A stretch of 63,497 nt of DNA, filler included, from 6 parts of 6 records of this genome joined end to end with filler, not necessarily neighbours in it, one strand, 5' to 3'; counted from the whole stretch's first letter, positions 38,761-49,026 are shown. Translations and numbers: made by a program. The notes: generated by a model not told the origin, from the letters alone.

Positions 38761-39794
38761 GAAAGCTAATCACCACCATATTACTTCTGTTTATCACTGG
38801 CTCACTAATAGGTCAGGAAGCACAATTCTCACAATACTATGCTGCCTCCCTTTACCTTAATCCGGGCTTTAATGGTATTTATAACGACATGTCTGTCCAT
38901 ATGAATCACAAAAGGCAGTTGCAGACAGGAGAGGTTATCAATGAGTTGACACAGATAAGTTTCATTTTCCCTATCAAAAAGAAAGGTAGTCTTGAACATT
39001 CTTTGGGAGGTGCTGGTCTAATGGCTTTTAACGAGAAGAGCGGTTTTAGAGGTGTTTATGAAAGAAACTCTGTTTTTGTGAATTATGCCCACAATATGAA
39101 GTTTGGCTTGTTGAGCTCTTACCTTGTCTCTATTGGGGTGCAAGCAGGATATGAAATTAGAAAATTAAACTTCAGTAGTTTGACATGGGGATCCCAGTAC
39201 AATCCATACTATGGTTTCGACAATACCAGACCAATACCTGTAACTGAATTTGATGCTCAAAAGCAAAACTTTATCGTCAATGCAGGCATAATGTACTACT
39301 ATAATCCTGAGAGAAACTATTTACTATATAAGTACAGTGGATTTGTCGGGATTTCGGCCACTAACCTAAACCGGCCTAATACCTCATTTACTGTTTCAAA
39401 TGAAAGTACCGATCCTATTTTGCTCAAGTACAATGGTGGGATTGAATTCAAATTCAACAACCTGTATGCTACACCAAGTCTGCTTTTCTTGTATCTGACT
39501 AAGAATTACCAATTCAATGCAGGTCTGAATATGGCCTATGTCCCGGATGCAGGTTATGGTGCTTCAGGTGTGCAGCTTCTATTTGGTACATGGTACAGAT
39601 ACAGGGATTCCTTCATTTTCATGGGTGGGATTAAAATGAAACAGCTAACCGTTCGAGCCAGTTACGACATGAACAGTCAGCTGTTTGTTTCCAATAGGAA
39701 TTTTAGTTTCACTCAGAACTCAATGGAGATTTCGCTGCAGTATAATTTCACTAAGAGCAACAACTATAAGAAAATCTCCAATCCGTTGTTCTAA
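38757..39794 (+). CDS. PorP/SprF family T9SS outer-membrane protein
   Basis: QEAQFSQYYAASLYLNPG, GTWYR, SYD, EISLQY, terminal Phe; follows a type-B CTD gene. Confidence 0.9.
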   Translation: MRKLITTILLLFITGSLIGQEAQFSQYYAASLYLNPGFNGIYNDMSVHMNHKRQLQTGEVINELTQISFIFPIKKKGSLEHSLGGAGLMAFNEKSGFRGVYERNSVFVNYAHNMKFGLLSSYLVSIGVQAGYEIRKLNFSSLTWGSQYNPYYGFDNTRPIPVTEFDAQKQNFIVNAGIMYYYNPERNYLLYKYSGFVGISATNLNRPNTSFTVSNESTDPILLKYNGGIEFKFNNLYATPSLLFLYLTKNYQFNAGLNMAYVPDAGYGASGVQLLFGTWYRYRDSFIFMGGIKMKQLTVRASYDMNSQLFVSNRNFSFTQNSMEISLQYNFTKSNNYKKISNPLF

Positions 39795-42700
39795 TTCTTA
39801 GGATAAATTATCAACCTTGTTCCAGGCTCTAATTGAGTTGAACTTAAATTGTTTTGCTCCATCAATAATTCTTCCGGAACATTGAACTTCTCAGACACTT
39901 TCTGCAAATCATCTCCCGGCTTAACGGTATAGATAAAGTCTGATCCACTTCGAATATCTGCCGGTACTACCAGATTATAATCGGGTTCAGAATTTCCTGC
40001 TTTTAAGCGTATTGGTTGGTAAGCTGCAAAGTCTCCTCTCAATCCATTAAGCTCAGCGATACTTTCTCTTGAGATCCCGAAACTTTCAGCAACCTTGCTT
40101 ACTGTTGCTCCAGGTCTGATCAAATAGAAGTTACCGAAATCTTTCTCTTGTCTTCCAAGTAGACGCACGTCAATCCTTCTGTTGATTTGTCGGCCATATG
40201 GATTTCCATTGTCAGCAATCGGTTTCCCTTGACCATGCCAGATTACAGAGATGTTTGACACATCAATGCCCTTAGAAATCAAATAATCTCTGGCAGCATA
40301 ACCTCTATCCTTACTCAATTTCAGGTTGTACTCTCGTGTACCAGTATCATCTGTATGTGATTCGATTTCAATTTTATTACCTGTGTTTCTGAATGCAATT
40401 ACAACTTCATCTAAAAGTATTTGTACTTCAGGACGAAGTGTGAATGAATTCACATCGAAGAATGCTCTGGTAGCACTCACAGCAATTTCGTCAGACTTTC
40501 TTCGCTTACCTTCAACATTAAAGCTTGCTAGCTTCACACCTTCTTTCGCGGAAGATTTCTTGAAAGTGATATCGTATTTGGAAGGTGAAACGGTAAAATC
40601 AAAATAACCTCCTGCGTCGGTGTATCCTTCAACAACTGTGGCATTTTGATCGTATCCCACTAGAGTTATTGAATAGGATGAAAGTGGATCATCTGAATCC
40701 TCACCAACCAATTGCCCTCTAATAGTAATCTCACTGTAACCTTCAATCTTGTCAATTGGCAATCCTATTCGAACTTCACCGGATTCCTCAGAAGCAAGAA
40801 TATCACTTGTTGACATTAGCTGCTCACTCTTGTTTTCATCTAATTGAGCGCTTGCAGCCAAGGCAATAATATCTACCGGCTCTTCATCCACATCCTTCGC
40901 TTCAACTGCTAAATTCTCTGTAAGAATGCGTTCATTATTAAACCTGAATTTCTTGATTCGCTCCATGAGCTGCTGCTCCGATGCAGACAATTGACCCCTT
41001 GCTCTGGCGTCAGCTTCAGAAAGAACGTATTTGTCATTTCGTTTATCAAATGCTCTGTCTAAAACCACCCTGTTGTAGAATGCTTTTCTTGACTGTGAAA
41101 GATTGTTGTAATGCGTAAAGGCTGCCGTCAAATAAGATCTTTCATTTGGCTTGATCACCTGCCCTTTTACCTTCTTTGATAATATAGCCATGTGAACCTT
41201 CTCTGAGCCCTTTAGTCGTTTAGCTTCAGCTTCATCTCGTAAACTCAACGCTCTGTCGTAGTACTTTTCTGCCATGTAATCAAGGCCAATCAAATTATCG
41301 ATAGCTCTTTTCTTCGCTTCCGACAGTGCGTTGTAAGCGCTAACATCACTGGCTGAGAGTCTTGCCGACGGATCTCCAGATGAGGCACCTCCAGATGCAG
41401 TAACAACTGCTGGTGGTGTATCCATGAAAACCTTGTCTGGTTCGGCCAGATACGAATCATAAGCTGTTTTCACAAATCGTTCAAGTGCGTTCTTTTGCGC
41501 ATCACTTAGGTCAGGTCGAATGTCTAACAGTTTGTTGACTGTTTCCTCTGGGTTTTCACTAAGTGCTGCCTGAAGTTCGTTGTGGCTAAATGAAGTCTCA
41601 GTGAGATAGATACTCGAATTGGCCAGGTTGGAAATCTGCTTTAACAGAAGTCTGTCCAAAGTGCCTTGCTGTTTACTGTTCTTGTTCTTGAATACATCAA
41701 GATCGGTGTTGCTAACATTCTGGTCGAAACTGGTAAGATCAGAAACCATGAAAGTGGTGGCAATCGCCTTCAACTGGTCTTTCTCTTCCTGAGTTAACGT
41801 TTCATAAAACTCACGGTCTTCTTTCACCAATCTATACTTCTCTTCATTACTCAGCCCAATAAGTCTTTCACGAATCGCAGTATTGATATCTCCCTCATTT
41901 CCTTCCTGATCTCGCATGAAAACTTTTTCATTCATGTCAAGTGCAATGCCATCAAGATTTCTTTTTTGCTTCAGGTATTTCAGGGCAATACCATCAAGGC
42001 TTTGCTGTTCCTTCTTATCAAAGGAATTGTAAGTAGGAGCAGCAGGCGTGTAATTCTGCGCATTTTTCAAACGATCGGAAATGAGTATATCGATTTTTTC
42101 ACGCTCCTCAGTTCCCACGTCATTATAAAAACTGAATACCTCGTTGGATAGGCTCACGCTATTGCCCATGCCTTGTTGTTCCAAGTAAGCAGAGACAATA
42201 TCGTCCACTTTTCTTCGCTTGTCAGAACTAAGCTGCTGATAATAGTAATCATCTTCCGTCCTGATGGATCGGATCATATTACTGGTCATCTTTCTGATCC
42301 TTGCGCTAACAATTCTGTCAATTCGCTCTTTATCATCAAGACTTAACGAGTTGTAAACTGCCAATTGTCTCTCTGTCAAGATCAGGTCAACATCAGAAAC
42401 TGAGGAAGAGAGCATCCTTGAAATGATTTGGTTGATAATCTCCGTTTCACTGTTATCAAAATTGTAATCGTCGGTAAACAGTGAATTTCTTCCTGCAATG
42501 GTTCCTTCTGACGATACTTCTGATATGATGTCGCTTTTGGATCTGATATCAAAACCGTAAATATCGAATTTGCCCAGCCCTTCATCTCTATTGGAAGAGA
42601 GGTAGCCTTTTTTCTTGCCAAGAAAAAAGAAAATGTCATCTCTGTGTGAATTGAATGGAATCCCTGCATTGTAGATCTCAGCTGATTCAAACTTGGTTCC

Positions 42701-43840
42701 TCTTGCGATGTAGATGTCAAATCCTCCAAATCCTCTGTGACCATTCGATGCAAAAAACAAGACTTGCTCTTTCTGATCATAAAATGGAGAAACTTCATTG
42801 AAAGGGGTATTGATTTGATCTCCTAGGTGAATTGGAGGGCCCCAATTGTCATTCCCAGCATTGAGACTCATCCAAATATCCAACTGACCCATTCCTCCCT
42901 CTCTATCTGTAGCAAAGAAAAGGGTGTCACCTCCAGCTGTCAGACTCGGGTGCTTGGAGTTAAATCCAATTTCATTGATGTTATGATTTAAAGGAACCGG
43001 ATCGCTCCACTTTCCACCTGACAATCTTGAAACATAGATGTTGCAAAAGTCTCCGCAATTGGTGTAGTAAAATTTGGTTCGATCCCTACTGAAAGCTCCT
43101 GATCCATCACCATATTTGGTATTGATAACGTTTCCAAATCGATCCTTTGGGTCGTATTCTTCCCACTGCCCTGAAGCATTCTGGGTAAATCTGTAAAGGT
43201 CAGCGTAGGTCTCACCGAACTGCTGATCTACAAAGCTACCTTTACCACTCGATCTGGCAGAGGTAAGGCATATGATGTTATCGTCCCAGACTGTGAATGC
43301 AGCATAGTCATTGTATTCCGAGTTGAGTGGGCTGCCCAGTGGGTTGAACTGGTGATCAGGATGTACCAATGTGATCTGGTTAAGTGCTAACGAACAACCA
43401 TCAATCTCCACTTTAGCCTGCTTGTAGAAATAGCGGTATTCGTCTTTTTCATGAAAGTCATTTGCTACCAGAAAGTCACTGAATGACCTGAAATTCTTCA
43501 GTGCCACATCATACTTGCCTTTCAGCTTCTGCATGAGTGCGTAGTAATAGCCCGCTAATGGATACCTGATATCTTGCTCTGCACCTATTTTTTCATAATA
43601 ATACTCAGCACTTTCATAATCACGGAGTAATCGATGACACTCTGCAATCTGGTATTGCGCTCTTAGGTTACTTTCTTGTTGATCCAGCGCTTCCTTGTAG
43701 TATCGAAGCGCTCCAATGTATTGATCATTATTAAAATATTCATCCCCTTGCTTCAAGAGGTTTCGCACCATCACACTGTTGACCTGGCCGAATGCAAGGG
43801 CGGTAATGAATAAACTGACTATAAAGATCGACTTTCGCAT
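39791..43840 (-). CDS. Giant PorE-like protein: TPR + PD40/WD40 propeller + helical-repeat insert + OmpA_C + 2 LysM
   Basis: Signal peptide; TPRs; HPSL...LFFATDREGGMGQLDIW and LFFASNGHRGFGGFDIY; SHTD..G...YNLKLS..R...NRR; YTVKPGD LysM. Confidence 0.88.
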   Translation of the reverse strand: MRKSIFIVSLFITALAFGQVNSVMVRNLLKQGDEYFNNDQYIGALRYYKEALDQQESNLRAQYQIAECHRLLRDYESAEYYYEKIGAEQDIRYPLAGYYYALMQKLKGKYDVALKNFRSFSDFLVANDFHEKDEYRYFYKQAKVEIDGCSLALNQITLVHPDHQFNPLGSPLNSEYNDYAAFTVWDDNIICLTSARSSGKGSFVDQQFGETYADLYRFTQNASGQWEEYDPKDRFGNVINTKYGDGSGAFSRDRTKFYYTNCGDFCNIYVSRLSGGKWSDPVPLNHNINEIGFNSKHPSLTAGGDTLFFATDREGGMGQLDIWMSLNAGNDNWGPPIHLGDQINTPFNEVSPFYDQKEQVLFFASNGHRGFGGFDIYIARGTKFESAEIYNAGIPFNSHRDDIFFFLGKKKGYLSSNRDEGLGKFDIYGFDIRSKSDIISEVSSEGTIAGRNSLFTDDYNFDNSETEIINQIISRMLSSSVSDVDLILTERQLAVYNSLSLDDKERIDRIVSARIRKMTSNMIRSIRTEDDYYYQQLSSDKRRKVDDIVSAYLEQQGMGNSVSLSNEVFSFYNDVGTEEREKIDILISDRLKNAQNYTPAAPTYNSFDKKEQQSLDGIALKYLKQKRNLDGIALDMNEKVFMRDQEGNEGDINTAIRERLIGLSNEEKYRLVKEDREFYETLTQEEKDQLKAIATTFMVSDLTSFDQNVSNTDLDVFKNKNSKQQGTLDRLLLKQISNLANSSIYLTETSFSHNELQAALSENPEETVNKLLDIRPDLSDAQKNALERFVKTAYDSYLAEPDKVFMDTPPAVVTASGGASSGDPSARLSASDVSAYNALSEAKKRAIDNLIGLDYMAEKYYDRALSLRDEAEAKRLKGSEKVHMAILSKKVKGQVIKPNERSYLTAAFTHYNNLSQSRKAFYNRVVLDRAFDKRNDKYVLSEADARARGQLSASEQQLMERIKKFRFNNERILTENLAVEAKDVDEEPVDIIALAASAQLDENKSEQLMSTSDILASEESGEVRIGLPIDKIEGYSEITIRGQLVGEDSDDPLSSYSITLVGYDQNATVVEGYTDAGGYFDFTVSPSKYDITFKKSSAKEGVKLASFNVEGKRRKSDEIAVSATRAFFDVNSFTLRPEVQILLDEVVIAFRNTGNKIEIESHTDDTGTREYNLKLSKDRGYAARDYLISKGIDVSNISVIWHGQGKPIADNGNPYGRQINRRIDVRLLGRQEKDFGNFYLIRPGATVSKVAESFGISRESIAELNGLRGDFAAYQPIRLKAGNSEPDYNLVVPADIRSGSDFIYTVKPGDDLQKVSEKFNVPEELLMEQNNLSSTQLEPGTRLIIYPKN

Positions 43841-43851
43841 ATCACTAAAAT

Positions 43852-46830
43852 TTAAGACCCACTCACTGTTAAGATAAAGGATCCCCACGTTTTGGGGTCA
43901 TCGTATTTTTTTCTGAGCTCTAATTGAGCGTATTTAAAGGATTCTTCTATCTGATCTGTTTCTAAAAACTTCTTATAGAACAATTCTAAAAGTTCTTTTC
44001 TACTATCCGCTGGTGTAAAATGAAGACTGGCTATCACATTTCTTGCCCCAGCTACTGTAAAGGCCCTTAAAAGACCATAAAATCCTTCAGCACTTTGTTC
44101 CGATTCCTCTCCAGTATCCAACGAGGAAAGTACTACTAACCTTGTCCTGCTCAAATCCAAATTCATAACCTCGTACGAAGTGAGTATACCGTCATTTTCA
44201 GAAATAGTTGGGATTCCTCTTAAAAGCATATCATAGGATTCAGACGCGCCGGTTAAAAAGATACCAGATTTAAAGAGCGGATCGGTCAGCGAATTCTTGT
44301 ATGAAATGTAATCCTGGTTGCCAAAAAACCCATGAGAAGCAATGTGCAATACTGTTGGATTGTAGGCGGAACGCAATCGGAGTTCACTTGCATCCATCTG
44401 TAAATAAGGGCTCACTTTCCAGTTCGACATTAAGCCACTAATTGTCCCAATTTCGTCTTCTGTTGCTTTCAGATTTTTGAGTTGCAACTCATTGGTATTC
44501 TTGTCCCTGTTAAAATCCGGATTTCCAAAGAGGTATGATTTATTGTTGAAAACCTCCGCTTTTGGTCTGAAAATATCATGAGGACTTGTTATGTAGGACA
44601 CATAGTGCTTGTCCAGCACATACCCTCCATTTTCATCAACCAATAAGTTTGGATTGATTTTACAATAAATCCCATCCGGAATTACCCTGATTTTTTGAGC
44701 CTTGCCCACCTTTTCCGCAACGGGTTTCCAATGGGTTTTGTAAATCTCCGCCGTATTGCTTTTGGTATTAATTGAAGTCAGGTAAGAGGTAAAGTATTCA
44801 TCGTCGGTGGTCTCTGCAGCTCCCAAAATGGCATATTCCGGAGATTGTTTACCATGATTGAAAATAATAGCCAGATAGCGGGTGTTATCGGTAAATCCGA
44901 AAAGATTTTCACCCCCGGAAGTAAGAGGTTCAAACTCTCTTAGCCGAATGATTTCTATAATCGATTCATTTTGTTTTACAGATCCAAGTACTGTCTTCCA
45001 GTTCAACTTTTCATGCGGCAGTGCTTCCTCAAATGCCGGTATACTGCTTTGCAAACTGGCCTCTTGTCGCCTTAAGTCTGCCTCCATCAAATCAAGATTT
45101 ACGTGAAGCTCGGCCAGCTGAGCTACCCCCATTTGATAGTAGCTAGAAAGCAATCGTTTATCAGAAAGCCACTTTTGATACTTCTCCTGAAGCAATTCAT
45201 CTTCGGAATCCTCGACCAAATCCCTCACCTTATCGAGTGAATTGAACAATACCGTTTTGAAACGGGCTTGAAAATCGAAGATGTACTTGATCAAATCAGG
45301 ATTCTTATCGAGGAGCTTAGAAGCGATATAATTATACCGATCCATATTGCCTTTCATATTTCGATAGAAGACCTCTCGATCCTTTTCTGACATAATCGGA
45401 AATAAGGACTTGATCTGGTTGGTCTGAATCCCAATCGATTTGCGGAAATGCTTTTCAGCTTCAACAAGGTTGTCAGTTCCCAAGTAATGCATGCCCATAT
45501 ACTCCAGTGCGCTTCCGTAGGAAGGATGGTTGATGCCCAATGACCTCTCCCTGATTTGAAGTGCTTTGGCGTAGTATTCTTCGGCCTCCATCTCCCTGTT
45601 TGTGGCACTATATAGCACACCAATGTTTAGGAGTGTGGTTGCATAATTCGGGTGATCGTCTCCAAATATCCTATTATCAATTTGGAGCACCTCTTTATAA
45701 TATCTTTCTGCTGTGGCATTGTTGCCTAGTTTTCTCTCTACACGTGCCAGGTTGTTTAGGGTATTGGCATAATACGGATGTACCGTTCCGAAACGCTCTT
45801 TGTAAGTTTTGAGTGCGTCCTGAAGCATTGCTCTGCCCGTTTCATAGTCCCCCTTGTTGATAGCAATGGATCCAAGGTTATTTTTAGCTGTGGCATAAAA
45901 TGGATGGTTGGTTCCAACATTTTCTTCGCACTCTACAACCACCTCATTAAACATTTCCTCTGCCTTCCTGATCTGACCAATTTGGTGGTACATGACCCCC
46001 AGATCATTCAGCGTTTCGATAATAAGAATATCAGCTTCATCTGGGATTGATCTTTTAAGTCGGAGGATCTCCAAAAGCAATTTTTCTGCTTCATCATACC
46101 TTCCCATTCGTTCATAAAAAATGGCAAGGTCCTCCATGGATTCTGCACGCTGAACATTGTATTGATTTCCGAGAGATTCATAAATGGTCGTGCTGAGGTT
46201 GATGAACTTGGCCCCTTCTACCGGATCGCCGGTAAGCATCAAAATCCGTCCTTTATGTGACACGATATCCGCAAAATCAGGAGAAAGCTCATTACCCATG
46301 GCCAGCAGCTGATCATAACTTTCATTGTAAATACTCAGTGCTAGTGTATAAGAGCCTGCCTCCTCGTAAATCCTTGCGAGTTTGGTTCGAGCGATGAGGT
46401 AATCGACTTTGTAAGAAGGTCTTTTGATGAGAATATCCAATGCACGCTGCACATATCTCCGAGCCAAATCAAACTCTACCTGCTCAAGATATAGCATTCC
46501 CATGTTGACCAGGGCATCTGCAAAATCCTGCTCGTTGGGTATCCCGGCTTCCTCATGATATAAAATGGCAAGATTTAGGTTACGCTCGGCCTCATCAGGA
46601 TTCAAAAACATTAGGTTGAGAAAACCCATGTGATTGAATATGATCCCTCGCTGATGATATGTCAGGTTATCCCCTTGATTATCAACAATAGATTTAAAGT
46701 TTGAAAGCGCTCGCTCCCAATGGTTTTTCTCCAAATTCTTCTCCCCTTGCGTTATCAAATCTGCAATGCTTTGCGCAGACGAGAAGGTAATTCCGAGTAC
46801 AAAAAGTACAGAGAATAAAAGTTTATTCAT
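43852..46830 (-). CDS. Exported TPR + CHAT (caspase-like) domain protein, catalytic Cys absent
   Basis: Signal peptide; long TPR array (HPxYA..LNNL); VLHIASHGFF, DGILTSYEV, VVLSSLDTG, RAFTVAGA, PKTWGSF. Confidence 0.9.
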   Translation of the reverse strand: MNKLLFSVLFVLGITFSSAQSIADLITQGEKNLEKNHWERALSNFKSIVDNQGDNLTYHQRGIIFNHMGFLNLMFLNPDEAERNLNLAILYHEEAGIPNEQDFADALVNMGMLYLEQVEFDLARRYVQRALDILIKRPSYKVDYLIARTKLARIYEEAGSYTLALSIYNESYDQLLAMGNELSPDFADIVSHKGRILMLTGDPVEGAKFINLSTTIYESLGNQYNVQRAESMEDLAIFYERMGRYDEAEKLLLEILRLKRSIPDEADILIIETLNDLGVMYHQIGQIRKAEEMFNEVVVECEENVGTNHPFYATAKNNLGSIAINKGDYETGRAMLQDALKTYKERFGTVHPYYANTLNNLARVERKLGNNATAERYYKEVLQIDNRIFGDDHPNYATTLLNIGVLYSATNREMEAEEYYAKALQIRERSLGINHPSYGSALEYMGMHYLGTDNLVEAEKHFRKSIGIQTNQIKSLFPIMSEKDREVFYRNMKGNMDRYNYIASKLLDKNPDLIKYIFDFQARFKTVLFNSLDKVRDLVEDSEDELLQEKYQKWLSDKRLLSSYYQMGVAQLAELHVNLDLMEADLRRQEASLQSSIPAFEEALPHEKLNWKTVLGSVKQNESIIEIIRLREFEPLTSGGENLFGFTDNTRYLAIIFNHGKQSPEYAILGAAETTDDEYFTSYLTSINTKSNTAEIYKTHWKPVAEKVGKAQKIRVIPDGIYCKINPNLLVDENGGYVLDKHYVSYITSPHDIFRPKAEVFNNKSYLFGNPDFNRDKNTNELQLKNLKATEDEIGTISGLMSNWKVSPYLQMDASELRLRSAYNPTVLHIASHGFFGNQDYISYKNSLTDPLFKSGIFLTGASESYDMLLRGIPTISENDGILTSYEVMNLDLSRTRLVVLSSLDTGEESEQSAEGFYGLLRAFTVAGARNVIASLHFTPADSRKELLELFYKKFLETDQIEESFKYAQLELRKKYDDPKTWGSFILTVSGS

Positions 46831-46988
46831 GGCGGTTAAAAGTGGCGAATCTCTCGTCCACGAAGTTAAGTTATCAATAGATAACGGCACTTGCAGTATA
46901 TAAGGATTCTTTTGAACTAATTAAGGAAAACGATGTAGTATTCGATATTCATGTCTAATTACCTTTCTTTGCCGTTAAATCACATCAG

Positions 46989-48467
46989 ATGATCGGTAAA
47001 CTCAAAGTATTAAACTCCCTCACACGTCAAAAAGAAGCATTCGAGCCATTAAATCCTCCTCATGTGGGGATGTATGTATGCGGCCCGACAGTTTATAGCA
47101 ACGTGCATTTGGGTAATGTGCGCACCTTTTTGAGCTTCGATGTGGTAAATCGGTACCTGCGGCATTTGGGTTATAAAGTACGATATGTCCGCAACATCAC
47201 GGATGTCGGTCACCTCTCGGATACTGGTGAAGACAAAATATCCAAAAAAGCTAAATTGGATCAACTGGAGCCAATGGAAATCGTGCAGATGTATGCCAAT
47301 GATTTTCATGATGTAATGGCTCTTTTCAATGCGCTCCCCCCAGATATCGAGCCTTCAGCAATCGGGCATTTGATGGAGCAGGTCGAAATGACCCAAAAGC
47401 TGATCGACAATGGCTATGCTTACGAGTCGAATGGATCTGTCTATTTTGATGTTGAGAAATACAACAACGACCACCAATACGGTATCCTCAGCGGACGTAA
47501 GATCGAGGATCTGATGAGTGAAACCCGTGAGTTGGATGGTGGTAGTGATAAAAGAAATCCGCTTGACTTTGCCTTGTGGAAAAAAGCGGCACCTGAACAT
47601 ATCATGCGATGGAAAACCGAATGGAGTGATGGTTTCCCTGGATGGCACCTGGAGTGCTCGGTCATGAGCACGAAATATCTAGGAGAAGAATTTGATATTC
47701 ATGGTGGTGGTATGGACTTGAAATTTCCCCACCACGAATGTGAGATTGCCCAGAATGCCGGAACCCATGGACATCAGGGGGCCAAGTATTGGCTGCATAC
47801 CAATATGCTTACTGTGAATGGTCAAAAAATGAGTAAATCTCTGGGAAATTCATTCTTACCTCGTGAGCTTATCTCTGGTGACCATGAACTGTTGGATCGT
47901 GGCTACAGCCCGATGACGATTCGATTCTTTATGCTGCAGTCACACTATGCGAGCACGTTGGATTTCTCGAACGATGCATTGGAAGCAGCCAGAAAGGGAT
48001 ATGTACGTCTGGCCAATGGCATGCGCCTGATGCAGGAAATGGAATGGACAGAAGATGATGGTGAATTGAACGAACAGCAAGTGGAGCTGATCAATAAGAT
48101 GTGTGACAATTGCTATTACGCCATGAATGATGATTTTAACACTGCGCTTACGATTGGTCATCTTTTCAATCTGGTGAAAAAAATCAACTCCCTTCATACC
48201 GGCCAACTGAAGTTTGGTGAGATTGGTAAGGAGGTGTTTGATCGAATGAAAAAGACCTTTACTGACTTCTCAGAAGAAGTATTAGGGCTTAAAGTCGAAG
48301 CAGGTGTGGATTACAAAAGCCTGATCAACACAATCCTTGGTGAATACAAAGACGCTAAATACAATCGCGATTTTGAGCGGGTGGACAAGCTACGCGCTGA
48401 GCTCAAAGCTGAAGGAATCGTCGTGAAGGACATGAAGGATAAGATTGAGTGGGCTTTTGAAGAGTGA
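46989..48467 (+). CDS. cysS: Cysteinyl-tRNA synthetase
   Basis: YVCGPTVY..HLGN, NITDV, PGWHLECS, DIHGGGMDLKFPHHECE, KMSKS. Confidence 0.97.
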   Translation: MIGKLKVLNSLTRQKEAFEPLNPPHVGMYVCGPTVYSNVHLGNVRTFLSFDVVNRYLRHLGYKVRYVRNITDVGHLSDTGEDKISKKAKLDQLEPMEIVQMYANDFHDVMALFNALPPDIEPSAIGHLMEQVEMTQKLIDNGYAYESNGSVYFDVEKYNNDHQYGILSGRKIEDLMSETRELDGGSDKRNPLDFALWKKAAPEHIMRWKTEWSDGFPGWHLECSVMSTKYLGEEFDIHGGGMDLKFPHHECEIAQNAGTHGHQGAKYWLHTNMLTVNGQKMSKSLGNSFLPRELISGDHELLDRGYSPMTIRFFMLQSHYASTLDFSNDALEAARKGYVRLANGMRLMQEMEWTEDDGELNEQQVELINKMCDNCYYAMNDDFNTALTIGHLFNLVKKINSLHTGQLKFGEIGKEVFDRMKKTFTDFSEEVLGLKVEAGVDYKSLINTILGEYKDAKYNRDFERVDKLRAELKAEGIVVKDMKDKIEWAFEE

Positions 48468-48470
48468 GTC

Positions 48471-48506
48471 GATTTGAAGATTTGAGAATTATTGGATTTG
48501 AAGATT
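48471..48506 (+). repeat. Two direct copies of GATTTGAAGATT (left arm)
   Basis: Copies at 48471-48482 and 48495-48506. Confidence 0.8.
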
Positions 48507-49004
48507 CCTGCAATGTTCCTTTATTCTTTCGCTGCTTTCAGCAAACATAGAATTCTTTTCCTCAGCTATGTTAATTTCAAATAGTGCAGAATCACAATTG
48601 TTAAGGTTTAAATGAGCAAATGCTTTCCATTCCCTCGCTTTTAGATTAAAACCATCGGAGATTTCAATTGCACGCCTGAAAAATGTAAGTGCAGTATCAA
48701 ACTCATTTTGATGGAAACTAATTTTGCCTCTTTCAAGCAAGTACTTTTCCAAGCGATTATCTTCTAAATATATCAGGCTATCAACAAATACCGCCGCAAT
48801 AGAAAAATCATCTTTGGATAAGAGTGAATCGATTAGATCCAAATTCCGATAGTAGTTTTCCATTTCAATTTCAACAGGAGTCACAGTCTGCCGTATTTCT
48901 TGAAGATCTCCAATTATATCAATTGGCTGATTTCTTGACCTTAGGAAGTGCCAAGCAATTACCGCAAAAGTCAGAACTATAAATGGGGCAAATTTTTTAA
49001 TCAT
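48489..49004 (-). CDS. Hypothetical membrane-anchored TPR-like protein
   Basis: N-terminal TM segment; TPR-like helices (LERGKISFHQNEFDTALTFFRRAIE); more AT-rich than its neighbours. Confidence 0.75.
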   Translation of the reverse strand: MIKKFAPFIVLTFAVIAWHFLRSRNQPIDIIGDLQEIRQTVTPVEIEMENYYRNLDLIDSLLSKDDFSIAAVFVDSLIYLEDNRLEKYLLERGKISFHQNEFDTALTFFRRAIEISDGFNLKAREWKAFAHLNLNNCDSALFEINIAEEKNSMFAESSERIKEHCRNLQIQ

Positions 49005-49026
49005 CAAATCGCTTAATCTTCAAATC
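48999..49026 (-). repeat. Two copies of GATTTGA(A/T)GATT in inverted orientation (right arm)
   Basis: AATCATCAAATC at 48999-49010 and AATCTTCAAATC at 49015-49026. Confidence 0.8.
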
